64,000 nucleotides of DNA from the NCBI RefSeq assembly GCF_009914755.1, contig NC_060942.1; one strand, given 5' to 3'. The notes under the pieces are model-generated. The model was not told where the DNA came from, did no database searches, and worked only from the letters and a program-made list of their open reading frames with translations. Of this stretch, positions 15,486 through 35,835 are shown piece by piece; the first letter of the stretch is position 1, and each line of letters starts with the position of its first letter. The translations under genes and the position numbers were made by a program. Source of the DNA: the human T2T-CHM13v2.0 reference genome, Homo sapiens.

Positions 15486-18207
15486 AAACTATGAAAAAAA
15501 TCTAAAAGAAGATAGTTTTAATGGTAAATTGTTGTGTTAATCTGCATCTTCTGAGAACCAGACATCATGAAAGCATTACAAGTTCAAGGATATTTTTAGG
15601 GGAAATGCTTGTGAGAAAGGAAATTGGGAGGAAGCAGTAGTCAGGGCACACTGCCTGTCTTGAGTGTAAGTCTGCCCCAGAGTAAATGAGAGAGGGAGGA
15701 AAGCTTGAAGCATCCTATGCAGTTCATGGAATATTTGAAGAAGCCACCGGGAATCCTCAAAGTTGGCTGTAGGGGATCCTATTTTTCCCAGAAGCATGCC
15801 TGCCTTAGTATACCTGCAACAATCAGTCATCAGCTAGGAATAGTGCATTGTATTTCCATGGCAAAAAAAAGAAGTGATGGATTTTGAAGTGTAGCAACAG
15901 GAGCCTGCATTGGCTATCCGTTGCTGCATAAAAAGTATAACCAAACTTAGTTGCTAAATTCATTACTATTTACTATCTCACCAGTTCTGTGATCCCCTAG
16001 GTTCTCCAGCTCTGGGTCTTTTACCATGACTGGCAAGGACCTGTTTTCTAACATACTACAAATACTTCTGCCATCACATTGCTGGTTGTTGGCAGCAATT
16101 CTCAAGGGTGGTTGATTCTCAAAGGTGGGTGGACTGAAACTTATGTTGTTTCCACACACTGTAGGCCTCTCCATAGAGCATCTCAATACATGGCAGCTTG
16201 ATTCATCAGAGCAAGTAAACAAGATGGCAAGAAAGAGAATGCTAGCAAGATAAGTCACGAATTTTTGCAACCTAATCATAAAACGATGTTCTATTACTTT
16301 TGCTTTATTCTGTTTATTAGAAGCAACTGAGTATAGTGCACATTCAAGCGGGGATTTTACAAAAGTGTGACTGTTCCCCAACATAATGCCTACATGACAT
16401 AGCTGAATTTCAACCCTTCTCTAACTCTGCTTATCTTTAAGAAACAGGATGCCTGGATAAAAAGTTCCCTTTGTAACTGGGCCAGCTGAGACTAGTTAGA
16501 ACCAAGATGGTCAACTGGACTGAACAACTTCAAAAAGACCTCAAGCTTTATTATAATGTCATTTTCATGCTAAATGACCCTCTCACCAGCACCATGATAG
16601 TTCACAGTCCTCATGATAACAGCTGGAAGGCACCATAAAAGGATAAAAAGGAAGGCAGCGCTCAAGTTCAGGGAAGTTCATTTCCCATTTCCAGAAAAGA
16701 CATAAACATTCCTCCTTTTGATTTTAATGTTCAACCTCTTCATTTTTGCTCCCCTTATCCCTCACTAGTGGAAAAGTTGATTTGTGAGCCTTGCTCCTTC
16801 TTATCAGTTCTGTGTTCTGCACTGCTTGACACTCACTTTTGGTTTTATGTATTAGCTTAATGAAACCAAACAAGGAAGGACCCCATCTGTTGAAGGATTA
16901 GCTTTCTCTGTAATCAAACTGGTGACCCAGCATCTGAACTAGATAGTCCACTTCCTTATTTGGGAAGCTTTTTTACATGCTCATAGACCCAGTAACTGGC
17001 ATGTAAGGGTTTACAACCGCATCTGCCAGCAAAGGACATGCATTAGTCCTGACTCTGAGTGCCAGGGATCAGCTTTGGAAAAGGTAATATATCATTGTTG
17101 TGAGGTCATAAGCAGGCACGCAAAGGGTTATATAGCTGTACTGGAAAGAAAGCTCAGAGCTAAGTATGATGAGGACACTCACCCCAAATCAGGGTTGTGC
17201 ACAAGGATGCCTGGCACAAGGTCGTGGTCCTGTACTCAGTAGAGGTCCCTGCTGGAGTCCTTGAGAGGGTGAAGGAGGGACCAGTGTTTTATTCTGAGTA
17301 GAGACTCCCTTAAGAGTCTCTGCAAAGGTGAGAGAGGAACCTAAGGGCTGACACTCTAGACTGCAAGATCAAGAAATGACCTGCCAGTACGTCTTTTGTG
17401 TATGAATGTGTATTCTTCTCTGTTTCTATTTACTCCTCTTAGTGATTTTACTCTTATGTCTGTGAAAACCTCTTTCATGCCAACTTTCTTGCACCAGAGG
17501 AGCTTAAATTTACCCTCTTCCCAGAAATACTTCCTCCCCCTCCTCCTTCTTCTCCTCCTTGCTGAAGCCCCACAGACAAAGTGGCCTTGGCTTCTCCCCT
17601 AACAGGAGGATGACATACAGTCTGGAAAGTTAAGGGATCATTTTTGGGGGATTGGAGGAAATCTGCATTATGAGGTTAAGACACCTAGGGGAGACTGCCT
17701 GAGACAGGGAGCCAAGGACACTCAGCTGGCCTTCAAGAAGACACCAGGGATCCCTGGGTGCAATGGCCAGTATTGGTTTTCTGCATAGTAAGAAAAATTT
17801 AGAGCTAAAATGATTAACCTGCAACTACAGAATTAACTAGAGTCTTCTAAACTTCTCTGTCTTCCTCTTTCCTTCTCTGCCTGCTTTGAATCTGCTGTTA
17901 TTAAGTTGCTCGTCCTAAGACTTATTCTTTATGATCTAACTGAAATGGAAACATTAAAAACTCATTTGAAATTGATGAATAAAAGGTAAAAGAGCCTTTT
18001 TCAAAAAAATGAATTATCATAAAGACCTCTTTATCTAACTTTTGGTCCACAGCCTTCCTTGGATTATCTATTGGGAAAAACAGTTTGGCCACTGGAACAG
18101 GTTCCAATTTTGTCAGAAAAATAATTTGGACCCAGCTATCTTTTATAAAATGGTGAGTTTGTGTTATTATCTCATGGCCAAAAGTCCAAGGTAACAGCTA
18201 TTGGATC

Positions 18208-18209
<2 letters not shown>

Positions 18210-18252
<43 letters not shown>

Positions 18253-18445
18253 ATATGGTTATATATATATATGGTTATATATAATATATGGTTATATATA
18301 TATGGTTATATATAATATATGGTTATATATGGTTATATATAATATATGGTTATATATATATGGTTATATATAATATATGGTTATATATATGGTTATATAT
18401 GGTTTTTTATATATATATGGTTATATATATATATAAGGTTATATG
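18210..18445. repeat. (TG)~20 followed by a (TATATGGTTA)-type AT-rich minisatellite
   Basis: Directly visible; GGTTATATAT core recurs with variable TA spacers. Confidence 0.95.
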
Positions 18446-18525
18446 TTATGTCTAGCATGCTACCAAATGGCTTATAATCATAAATTAAATTCAAATACTC
18501 TTCAAATTCATGTGAACTTAGTAAT

Positions 18526-20784
18526 TGATAAGATTTGGCTGTGTCCCCACCCAAATCTCATCTTGAATTGTAGCTCCCATAATCCCCATGTGTCCTTGGA
18601 GGGACTAGGTGAGAGGTAATTTAATCATTGGGGTGGTTTCCTTCATGATATTCTCATGATAATAAGTTATCATAAGATCTGATGATTTTATAAGGGGCTT
18701 CCTCCTTCACTCAGCTCTTATACTTCTCCTTCCTGTCACCATGTGAAGAAAGATGTGTTTGCTTCCCCTTCCACTATGATTGTAAGTTTCCTGAGGCCTC
18801 CCCAGCCCTGTGGACTGTGAGTCAGTTACATCTCTTTCCTTTATAAATTACCCAGTCTCAGGCAGTTCTTTATAGCAGCATGAGAATGGACTAATACAGT
18901 AAATTGGTACCAGTAGAGTGGGGTGCTGCTATAAGCATACCTGAAGATGTGGAAATGACTTTGGAACTGGCTAACAGGCAGAGATTGGAACAGTTTGGAG
19001 GACTCAGAAGAAGACAGGAAAATATGGGAAAGTTTGGAACTTCCTACAGGCTTGTTGAATGGGTTGGACCAAAATGCTGATAGTGATATGGACAATGAAG
19101 TCCAGGCTGAGGTGGTCTCAGATGGAAATTAGGAACATTTTGGGGATTGGAGCAAAAGTTACTCTTGCTATGCAAAGAGACTGATGGCTTTTTGGCCCTG
19201 CCATAGAGATCTGTGGAACTTTGAACTTGAGAGAGATGATTTAAGGTATCTGGCAGAAGAAATGTCTAAGTGGCAAAGCATTCAAGAAGAAGCAAAGCAC
19301 AAAAGTTTAGAAAATGTGCAGCCTGATGATGTGACAGAACACAAAACCCTATTTTCTGGGGAGAAATGCAAGCTGGCTGCATACATTTGCATAAGTAACA
19401 ATACATTTGGGAAAATGTCTCCAGGGCATGTCAGAGACCTTCACAGCAGCCCATCTCATTACAGGTCTGGAGGCCTAGGAGGGAAAAACGGTCTTGTAGG
19501 CAGTCTTTCCCCCTGCTCTGTGCAGCCTTGGGATGTGGTGCCCTGCATCCCAGCTGCTTCAGCTCTAGCCATGGCTAACAGGAGCCAATGTAAAGCTCAG
19601 AATGTTGCTTCAGAGGGTGCAAGCCCCAAGCCTGGGTAGCTTACACATGGTGTTGGGCCTGTGGGTGCATGGATTGAAGAACTGAGGTTTGGGAACCTTT
19701 GTCTAGATTTCAGAGGATATAGGGAAACACATGGATGTCCAGGAAGAAGTTTGCTGCAGGGGCAGAGCCCTCATGGAGAACCTCTGCTAGAGCAGTGCAG
19801 AAGAGGAATGTGGGGTCAGAGCTCCCACAGGGTTGCCACTGGGGCACTGCCTGATGGAGCTGTGAGAGGACAGCCACTGTCCTCCAGACCCCAGAATAAT
19901 AGATCCATCAACAGCTTGCACTGTGTGCCTGAAAAAGCCACAGACACTCAATACCAGCCCATGAAAGCAGGCTGGATGGAGACTATAACCAGCAAAGCCA
20001 CAGGTGTGGAGCTGCCCAAGGCCATGGGAGGCCACCTCTTGCAACAGCATGCCCTGCACATGAGACATGGAGCCAAAGGAGATCTATTTTGGGACTTTAA
20101 GGTTTAATGACTGCCCTATTGGATTTCAGACTTGCATGGGGCCTGTAGCCCCCTTTTTTTGGTCAATTACTCCCATTTGGAATGAGTTTATTTACCCAAT
20201 GCTTGTACCCCCATTGTGTCTAGGGAGTAACTAACTTGCTTTTGATTTTACAGGTTCATGGGCAGAAGGGACTTGCCTTGTCTCAGATGAGACTGCACTT
20301 AGACTTTTGAGTTAGTGCTGGAATGAGTTAAGCATTTGGGGAACTGTTGGAAGGGTATGATTGTGTTTTGAAATGTGATTACATGAGATTTGGGAGGGGC
20401 CAGGGGTGGAATGATATGTTTTGGCTGTGTCCCTACCCAAATATCATCTTGAATTGTAGTTCTGACAATCCCCATGTGCTGTGAGAGGGACCCAGTGGGA
20501 GGTAATTGAATAATGGGGCAGTTCCCCCATACTATTCTCATGATAGCGAGTAAGCTCTCACAAGATCTAATGGTTTTATAAGAGGTTTCCCCCTTCATTC
20601 AGCTCTCATACTTCTTCCTGCCACCATGTGAAGAAGGATGTGTTTGCTTCCCTTTCCACCATAATTGTAAGTTTCCTGAGGCCTCACAAGCCTTGCAGAA
20701 CTGTGAATCAATTAAACCTCTTTTCTTTATAAATTACCCAGTGTCAGGCAGTTCTTTATACTAGCATGAGAATGGATTAATACA
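18526..20784 (+). mobile_element. Full-length THE1D-like MaLR: LTR 18526-18898, internal, LTR 20412-20784
   Basis: Paired ~373-bp LTRs ending ggcagttctttata...taataca; TSD GTAAT/GTAAG; inserted in the provirus. Confidence 0.92.
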
Positions 20785-21715
20785 GTAAGCTTTGATAAAT
20801 AAAAATGGTTTTTAAATTATTGATAAAACAAAAATTTTTAAAAGCCTTCAAAATTGTTGGCATACATTTTTATCTTGGTTTAATAATTATTTTATATTTA
20901 TATCTGCTTGATATTTTAAGATGTCAAGGTTTGGCATAAATGACATAAGGCTATGAACATAGCCAAAAATAAGCTTTGTGTTTTTTGACAAAAAAAAAAA
21001 AATTAATATTAACTCATTCCACAAAAACTGCTAAAACTTGTGAATCAGTGGTAAAAATACCCATGTATTTAACCCATGTGTTTAAGGTTCTTACTTAGGT
21101 GAATACCTGATATTCACAGGCTAAAAAAATGGCCAATAAAAAATAATGACTGGAAATAATGACTAGCTTTGTCTAATATCCAAGTTTTCAGAAGTACTCT
21201 AGATAAACTATTAAAAATTGAAAGAATTAAATACACATAAATAGGATACATGCTTGTAGAAAAACTTTGTGTAATTCAAAATCTTAAAATTATTTTAAAT
21301 TGAATAATAAATGCTTATTAAATGTCTGGGTTATTTCCAATTAAAAAGGGGTTATAACATGAAAAAACATGTTTCTAAAAATTACGAAGTGGTTTCATCT
21401 ATAAAATGCCGACATCTGAAAAACAGTTCATGATTTCTTTTTTCCTAGGCTTTCACTAAAATTTAAGGTTATTGAGAATAAGAATTCTAATGAATCTATA
21501 GTTCTGTAAGTTGTGTCTTATTGAGAAAAAATAATAATTTTATGTAATTTGGAGATTAAAACTCATTTATAAAACAATATTTTAAAAACTAAGTAGGAAA
21601 GACGTAAAAGTGTTATAGACATAAAGATGTATTTTTGCATAAGAAATGTTATAAAAATAATTTTGTATGCAAACGGATCTTATATGGTAAATATTTGTCC
21701 AAAACAAAATGATTG

Positions 21716-22031
21716 TTTTTTTTTTCTTTTTTCTTTTCTTTTATTTATTTATTTATTTATTTTGAGATGGAGTCTCACTCTGTCACCAGGCTGGAGTGCA
21801 GTGGCGCCATCTTGGCTCACTCCAGCTCCTGGGTTCAAGCAATTCCCCTGCCTCAGCCTTCTGAGTAGCTGGGAGTACAGGTGCACACCACCATGCCTGG
21901 CTAATTTTTGTATTTTACTAGAGATGGGGTTTCACCATGTTGGCCAGGATGGTCTCAATCTCCTGACCTCATGATCCACCCACCTCGGCCTCCCAAAATG
22001 CTGGGATTACAGGTGTGCACCACGCCTGGAC
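21716..22031 (-). mobile_element. AluSc-like
   Basis: Reverse Alu with TGTCACCAGG and GGCCAGGATGGTCTC diagnostics. Confidence 0.88.
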
Positions 22032-22185
22032 AATGACTGGTTATTCTAAAAGAGATAGTATAGGACAAATCAAAAGGTCCACACGTGTAGATGGCCTGTG
22101 TATGTCATGATAAAGTTTGTGAAAGAACATTTAAAAGATAAATTGTACATGGAATTAAGTTGGCTATAATTAAAAAGGAATTACT

Positions 22186-22476
<291 letters not shown>

Positions 22477-22739
22477 TTATAATAGTTTAAGATTGGCCCC
22501 CTATGTTAAAATAATATTTTCTTAAGGTATTATTTTACTGTCAATGAAATTACAAGACATTTTTATTTTTAACTCTGTTAAGAATATTTGACATACAGTT
22601 CCCTTATTCCCAGTGGCCTCTGCAGGCAACACTTTCCCTGCCTACCAATCGCCCTTGGACTCCTCTCAGGGAGTCAACCCAGACAGTAACCCAGAGTGGG
22701 GCATCTTGCCAGTCTTCCTCTATGATGTCCTGGCATGTC

Positions 22740-23480
22740 TCCAATGGAAAAAAAGAGGTGGGTACTCTATATGTATGTTCTCTTCACAACTTTAGATCTT
22801 TATAACTGAAAGTCTCATTCTAAAGGACTAAGGAAAGATCCCTAGGGGTTTCAAAACCTCATTTGAAGTATTATAAGATTCATCATCCTAACTGGGAAGA
22901 TGTTCAGTCCCTTTGGTACATTCTCCTCACTGGAGCAGGAAAACAAAACAAAACAAAAAACAAACAACAACAAAAAACTGTTCTCTAACAGACTTGGGAG
23001 GAAGTGGGACTGAGCCCATAAGTACAAGACAAACAATCCTATTTTATGTCTCAGAGCACATCAGACATTAGACATAAACTCTTAAAAGTAAATTTAGAGC
23101 TAGACACTCTCATCTCAAGACTAGTAGACCTGGCCAATAAGGTATTCAACAACTGGGATAGGGAGGAGGAACATAAAAAAGACAGAGAGGCCACATGGCA
23201 AGCCTACCAATGGGCTATTGTTCTCCAGTGCCAGCTGGATAACTCACAGGATACCTATCAATAGAGAACCTCAGCTCCAGTGAGTGTCCCTCAGTCCCCT
23301 AACCAGGAGAAAGGATCCTGAAGACCTAGGAGACTAGGACCACACCAATGTGTCTTCTTCAATGTGCCTTCTTCAATGTGCCGCTTCTTCAGAGAGGGTC
23401 ACTGGGAAAAGGCCTGTCCCCTCCACATCTGAAGGGAAGGGACAGAGGGCTTGTGCCACCAAGGTGCTTCACACAGAAAG
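22740..23480 (+). pseudogene. ERV gag remnant (capsid and nucleocapsid zinc knuckle)
   Basis: FTTLDLYN*K...HHPNWEDVQSL (gammaretroviral p30-like), SQSTSDIRHKL, and EGHWEKACP; stops and deletions present. Confidence 0.8.
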
Positions 23481-23549
23481 ATGGTCCAAGTAGGAAAAAA
23501 GATTGACAGGGCCTGGGGACTCCTCAGTTGGCCCTCCAGGTATCCCCCA

Positions 23550-26700
<3,151 letters not shown>

Positions 26701-26789
26701 CAGGAAACCTTAAAATACATGACATCCTGGAGAATGAGCCCTAGGGCACCGAATCCCCAGAGAAGTCAAAATGTTTAATGGTTTCCTGT

Positions 26790-27400
26790 CCCCCTCTCAC
26801 CTGAGGAATAAAAGGCAATTAGGCTTATTCTGGCTGGTACTGGGATAGCAGGTGGTCTCATAGCCCCTAGGGAAGGTTTGCCTACCATGAGTTTACCCTC
26901 TGCAACCTCACAACAGGTATAGAAATTCTAGCCTATAAGACTAGTGATGCCCTTACCCTCCTCAAAGTCTCCCTAGACTCACTAACTAACACTGTGCTTG
27001 ATAATCGTCTGACTTTTGATTATCTCTTGGCAAAAAAAGGTGAGGTACGTGTGGTCACCAGCTCTTTCTGTTGTGCTTGGGTAAGTAATTCAAGATTAAA
27101 AACAACGAAAAGACATTAAAATCATCTACAACCAGACCAAGTGGTTGCACCAATTTAACCAAAAGGGCACAGACCCTCAAGGAATATGAAAATGATAAAA
27201 CAGGCCAGCCCTGATTTCACCCGGTTTCTACCCTTCCTGAGCCCTTTAGCTACCATCCTACTTATCTTGATCTTCAGGCTCTGTCTCCTAAACTCTCTGA
27301 TCTCTTTTATGTATAAGCAAATCGAGGCCATACACGGATATAAAAAGGTAGGCTTATACCCAGGAGAGAACCAGATCTACCTAAGACTAGCTAGGGAAAA
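26790..27400 (+). pseudogene. ERV env TM remnant
   Basis: SLTNTVLDNRLTFDYLLAKKG..FCCAW (immunosuppressive-domain-like motif plus CC) and hydrophobic FLPFLSPLATILLILIF; SU apparently mostly absent. Confidence 0.8.
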
Positions 27401-27821
27401 AATTCACTCCTCTAACAGGCCCCATATTGTCAAAAGTGTTCGAACCAGAGTGACTCCATTTTGACTGGGGGCTAGGAAAATGAGGCTGGTCCTTGAAAGG
27501 CTGCATTCTCAGAAATTTAGGCATTCCTGGCCTCTAGATGTTTATGTTAAGGGAACAAACTAATAATGTTTACTAAACAGACCCAGATTTGGGAGTGTCC
27601 ATATATCCCCATATCTGGCAAACAAAGGCATTCCTAATTTTGTGTTAAAGATAATAATACCGATTCTTGCAAAATATAGTAATTAAGAAAATTAATCCTT
27701 CATCACAAACCCTTGTAGCAGAGCACATCTCCCATATATACAAGCATTGTACCTAGAGTGGACACGTTCCTCCTCTTACTTTCAGAAACGTCCTAGTCTG
27801 TCTATGGAGTATCTGTCCTTT

Positions 27822-29285
27822 TGAGAGGTGACAGCGTGCTGGCAGTCCTGGCAGCCCTCGCTTGCTCTCAGCGCCTCCTCAGCCTTGGCGCCCACTCTGG
27901 CGGAGCTTGAGGAGCCCTTCAGCCCGCCGCTGCACTGTGGGAGCCCCTTTTTGGGCTGGCCAAGGCCGGAGCCAGCTCCCTCAGCTTGTGGGGAGGTGTG
28001 GAGGGAGAGGCGCCGGCGGGAACCGGGGCTGCGCGCGGTGCTTGCGGGATAGCGCGAGTTCCGTGGGTGTGAGCTGGGAGGGCCCCACACTCGAAGCGGC
28101 CGGCTGCAAGCCCAGGGCAGTAAGGGGCTTAGCACCTGGGCGGGCAGCTGCTGCGCTCGATTTCTCCCCGGGCCTTAGCTGCCTCCCCGTGAGGCAGCGC
28201 TCCGGACCTGCAGCCTGCCATGCCTGAGCCCCCCGCACCCCTCCCCCCACACGCCGTGGGCTCCTGCACTGCCCTAGCCTCCCTGACGAGCGCCGCCCCC
28301 TGCTGGATGGCGCCCGGAGAGCAGGTGCAGGGCACTCCTGGCAGCTCCACCTGCCGCCCCAGTGGGAGATCCACTGGGTGAAGCCAGCTGGGCTCCTGAG
28401 TCTAGTGGGGACTTAGAGAACCTTTATGTCTAGCTAAGGGATTGTAAATACACCAATCAGCACCCTGTATCTAGCTCAAGGCTTGTAAACACACCAATCA
28501 GCACCCTGTGTCTAGCTCAGGGTTTGTGGATGCACCAATCGGCACTCTGTATCTAGCTAATCCGGTGGTGACTTGGAGAATCTTTATGTCTAGCTCAAGG
28601 TTTGTAAATGTACCAATCAGCACTCTGTGTCTAGCTCAGGGTTTGTAAATATACCAATCGACACTCTGTATCTAGCTAATCTAGTGGGGACATGGAGAAC
28701 TTTTGTGTCTAGCTCAGGGATTGTAAACGCACCAATCAGCACCCTGTCAAAACGGACCAATCAGCTCTCTGTAAAACAGAACAATTGGCTCTCTGTAAAA
28801 TGGACTAATCAGCAGGATGTGGATGGGGCCAGATAAGAGAATAAAATCAGGCTGCCCAAGCCAGCAGTGGCAACCTGCTTGGGTCCCCTTCCACACTGTG
28901 GAAGCTTTGTTCTTTCGCTCTTTGCAACAAATCTTGCTACTGCTCACTCTTTGGGTCCACACTGCCTTTATGAGCTGTAACACTCCCTGCGAAGGTCTGC
29001 AGCTTCACTCCTGAAGCCAACGAGACCACGAACCCACCAGGAGGAATGAACAACTCCAGACGTGTGGCCTTAAGAGCTGTGACATTCACCGTGAAGGCCT
29101 GTGGCTTCACTCCTGAGCCAGCAAGACCACGAACCCACCAGAAGGAAGAAACTCCGAACACATCCGAACATCAGAAGGAACAAACTCTGGACACGCCGCC
29201 TTTAAGAACTGTAACACTCACCGCAAGTGTCCGCGGCTTCATTCTTGAAGTCAGTGAGACCAAGAACCCACCAATTCTGGACACA
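27822..29285 (+). mobile_element. LTR12C-like (HERV9) solo LTR
   Basis: TGAGAGGTGACAGCGTGCTGGCAG start and CCAATTCTGGACACA end; GC/CpG-rich 5' part, CCAAT tandem repeats; TSD CTTT/TTTT. Confidence 0.95.
28430..28860 (+). promoter_or_regulatory. LTR12 enhancer/promoter array (NF-Y CCAAT repeats, GATA site, TATA-like AATAAAA)
   Basis: Seven forward CCAAT boxes between 28452 and 28761; AGATAAGAGAATAAAA at 28831-46. Activity here is untested. Confidence 0.7.
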
Positions 29286-30209
29286 TTTTCACCACTTTAC
29301 CTCTCTTAATAAACTTGCTTTTGCCTTGCACTGTGGACTCACCTTGAATTCTTTCTTGCACGAGATCCAAGAACACTCTCTTGGGGTCTGGACTGGGACC
29401 CCTTTCCTGTAACAATATTAACACCCAACTTCAGATTCAGAAAGTTGTAGAAGACAGACTTTTACTCCTCAGCACCATTCAAGAATGAGGAGTGAATATA
29501 CAGAAAAGGGGAGATTTGTTATCCAGTGCAATGCCTACATGACATAGCTGAATTTCTACCCTGCCTTAACTCTGCTTATCTTTAAGAAACAGAACACCTG
29601 TGATTAAAAAAAAAGTTTCCTTTGTAACCAGACCAGCTGAGACAGGTTTAAGCCAAGATAGCCAACCAAAGGACTTCAAAAGGACCTCAGGCCTCATTAT
29701 AATCTCATTTCCATGCTAAATGGAATGAGCACCCAGCAGCACCGTGACCATTGCCAATCCCCATGAAACAACCGGAAGAAGGCATAGGAGGACAAAAATG
29801 AAGCAGCACTCTGGTTCTGGGAAGTTGACTACCTATTTCCGGAAAAGATAAGAATATTCCCTCCCCTTGCTTTTAATGTCCAACCTCCTCATTAAATAAA
29901 TCCTATATTTTAACACCCTCACCCTTCACTAGTGGAGAAGTTGAGTTGTGAGCCATGTTACTACTTCTCAATTCCATGGTCTGCACTGCTTAACACTCAC
30001 TTTTGGTTTTGTGTATTGGTATTGTGACTCCAAACAAGGAAAGATCCCATCTTCTGGGTGAGTGGCTTTGTCAGTAAAATGAATATCAGGGAGGAGAAGC
30101 TGAGATCATTGGAAGCCATGTCAGATGCTGCTAACAACAGAGTCCTTTGGTCAATTGCATTTCTCGTAGTTGGTGGTTGCCAAGGTGCAGTCATATGGTC
30201 TTCATGTTA

Positions 30210-34450
<4,241 letters not shown>

Positions 34451-35266
34451 AATATAACTAATCAGATTAGTTATAAAAGAGATTTCTTTATTAACTAAAT
34501 AGATAATATTTAAGTACATGTTGAAATATACATTGGATGTGAGGAAATATAAACACCTTAAGAAATGAATGTTATCTAGGTTGTGAAATTTTGTATAAAT
34601 TAATTTTGCTTATATGTATATGACTGTAACTCCCATAGTGACTATAAATTCTTTTATACTAAATCATTGATCAATTTTTAATAAATAAAAATGCTATTAC
34701 ATCACACAGAATCATAAAGAAGTTATAGTCAACAAAAGGAACTGAAGGAATAGCAGAAAATAAATACATCAGGAACAAATGTAGAAAAGAAAAAAACTCT
34801 CAATAAATAATATGCCAAAATAATCTATATATTTAAATATTTTATTTCATTCGTAATCAAATAAATTCAAGTTGAAATATTGCATGCTAAGTTTACAACT
34901 CATTTATTGATACCTAATTAGTTTTTAATCATATCCCATGCTGGATTTTTTTAAAATAGTTACTTTTGCACACATAGTAGGGATATTTATTGTTATAACA
35001 TGTCCTCAGGCAATTTTGCAATATATATGAAGAGCTTTAAGATGACACAGAAATATAGTACTTTAGGGATTTATGCACAAATAATTTTACATATATGAAA
35101 TATATATCTTTTTATTTACATATAAACTTGGTGATAAGACAGGTATGAATAATTTAAAATTTTATTTTTCTCTTTATCTAAATTTTCTATATAGAAATAT
35201 ACATTACATTTTTACTTAACATTTAATTTCTAAATGCTATAATTAGTGTTTGCGAAAAATTCTTAC

Positions 35267-35409
35267 TTGTAGGCCTCTATGGTTTTTTCATCCTGGTAAA
35301 TATCCTTATCAATCTCTTCTTTAATTTGCTGAGCCTTCAATCTGGCATTTTCACAGGCTTCTAAAGCTTCTTCAAGTTCTTCATTAACTTTTCTGTGTAG
35401 GTCCATTAC
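35267..35409 (-). CDS. CCDC178: CCDC178 internal coding exon (143 nt)
   Basis: TTTCTAG acceptor (35410-11), GTAAGA donor at 35266. Encodes VMDLHRKVNEELEEALEACENARLKAQQIKEEIDKDIYQDEKTIEAY plus AA. Missing from the ORF track but phase-consistent with both neighbours. Confidence 0.92.
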
Positions 35410-35778
35410 CTAGAAATGAAAATATTTTTGCTTATATTTGCACTTAATGGTTAATTAAAAATAATAACTTCAACTTAGTGTAGTATTGATTTAGATCAAA
35501 AGTTCTTTAGAAACATTTTCTTCCCACATTTAGCCTATGGTTTGGTAAGTGGAATTTCAGCCCTGACAGGCATTAATGCTGGGAATGTATAAATGTTACT
35601 GAACAAAATAATTTCAATATCCAAGTTAACATGTCCAAAATGAAATCATTATCTCTTCACTCATAAAAAATTTTTATTACTCAAATAATACTTTATTATT
35701 TAAAAAATCAGAAAACAAAGATGAAATATCGCAAACAAAGTGACCTGTACTCCTCTCCACTAAGAAAAACCATTATTC

Positions 35779-35835
35779 TTAGGTTGGTGCAAAAGTAATT
35801 GTGGTTTTTGCCATTAAAAGTATGCACCAACCTAA
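35779..35835. mobile_element. MADE1 (Hsmar1 MITE), internally deleted
   Basis: TTAGGTTGGTGCAAAAGTAATTGTGGTTTTTGCCATT ... TGCACCAACCTAA; 13-bp perfect terminal inverted repeat. Confidence 0.9.

Larger units (their letters stand above)
27428..29414 (+). mobile_element. MER41-related ERV1 solo LTR, split by LTR12 (27428-27821 and 29286-29414)
   Basis: TGTC..GTTCGAACCAGAGTGACTCCAT start and GAGATCCAAGAAC...TCCTGTAACA end; perfect ATAT TSD. Confidence 0.8.

Noticed and set aside
16917-16940. Assigning a primer tRNA to the proviral PBS
   Set aside because: TGGTGACCCAGCATCTGA is too degenerate to match a specific tRNA 3' end by eye.
26790-27464. env remnant as a domesticated syncytin/suppressyn-like gene
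   Set aside because: SU is mostly missing, there is no signal peptide, frames are broken, and ORF 27186-27464 runs into an inserted LTR.
27782-28374. Overlapping GC-rich ORFs or a CpG-island gene start
   Set aside because: Entirely within LTR12C; open frames are expected from the high GC content.
28430-29230. Regularly spaced repeats resembling a CRISPR-like array
   Set aside because: Standard LTR12 U3 (CCAAT) and U5 tandem repeats with no unique spacers, in a human context.
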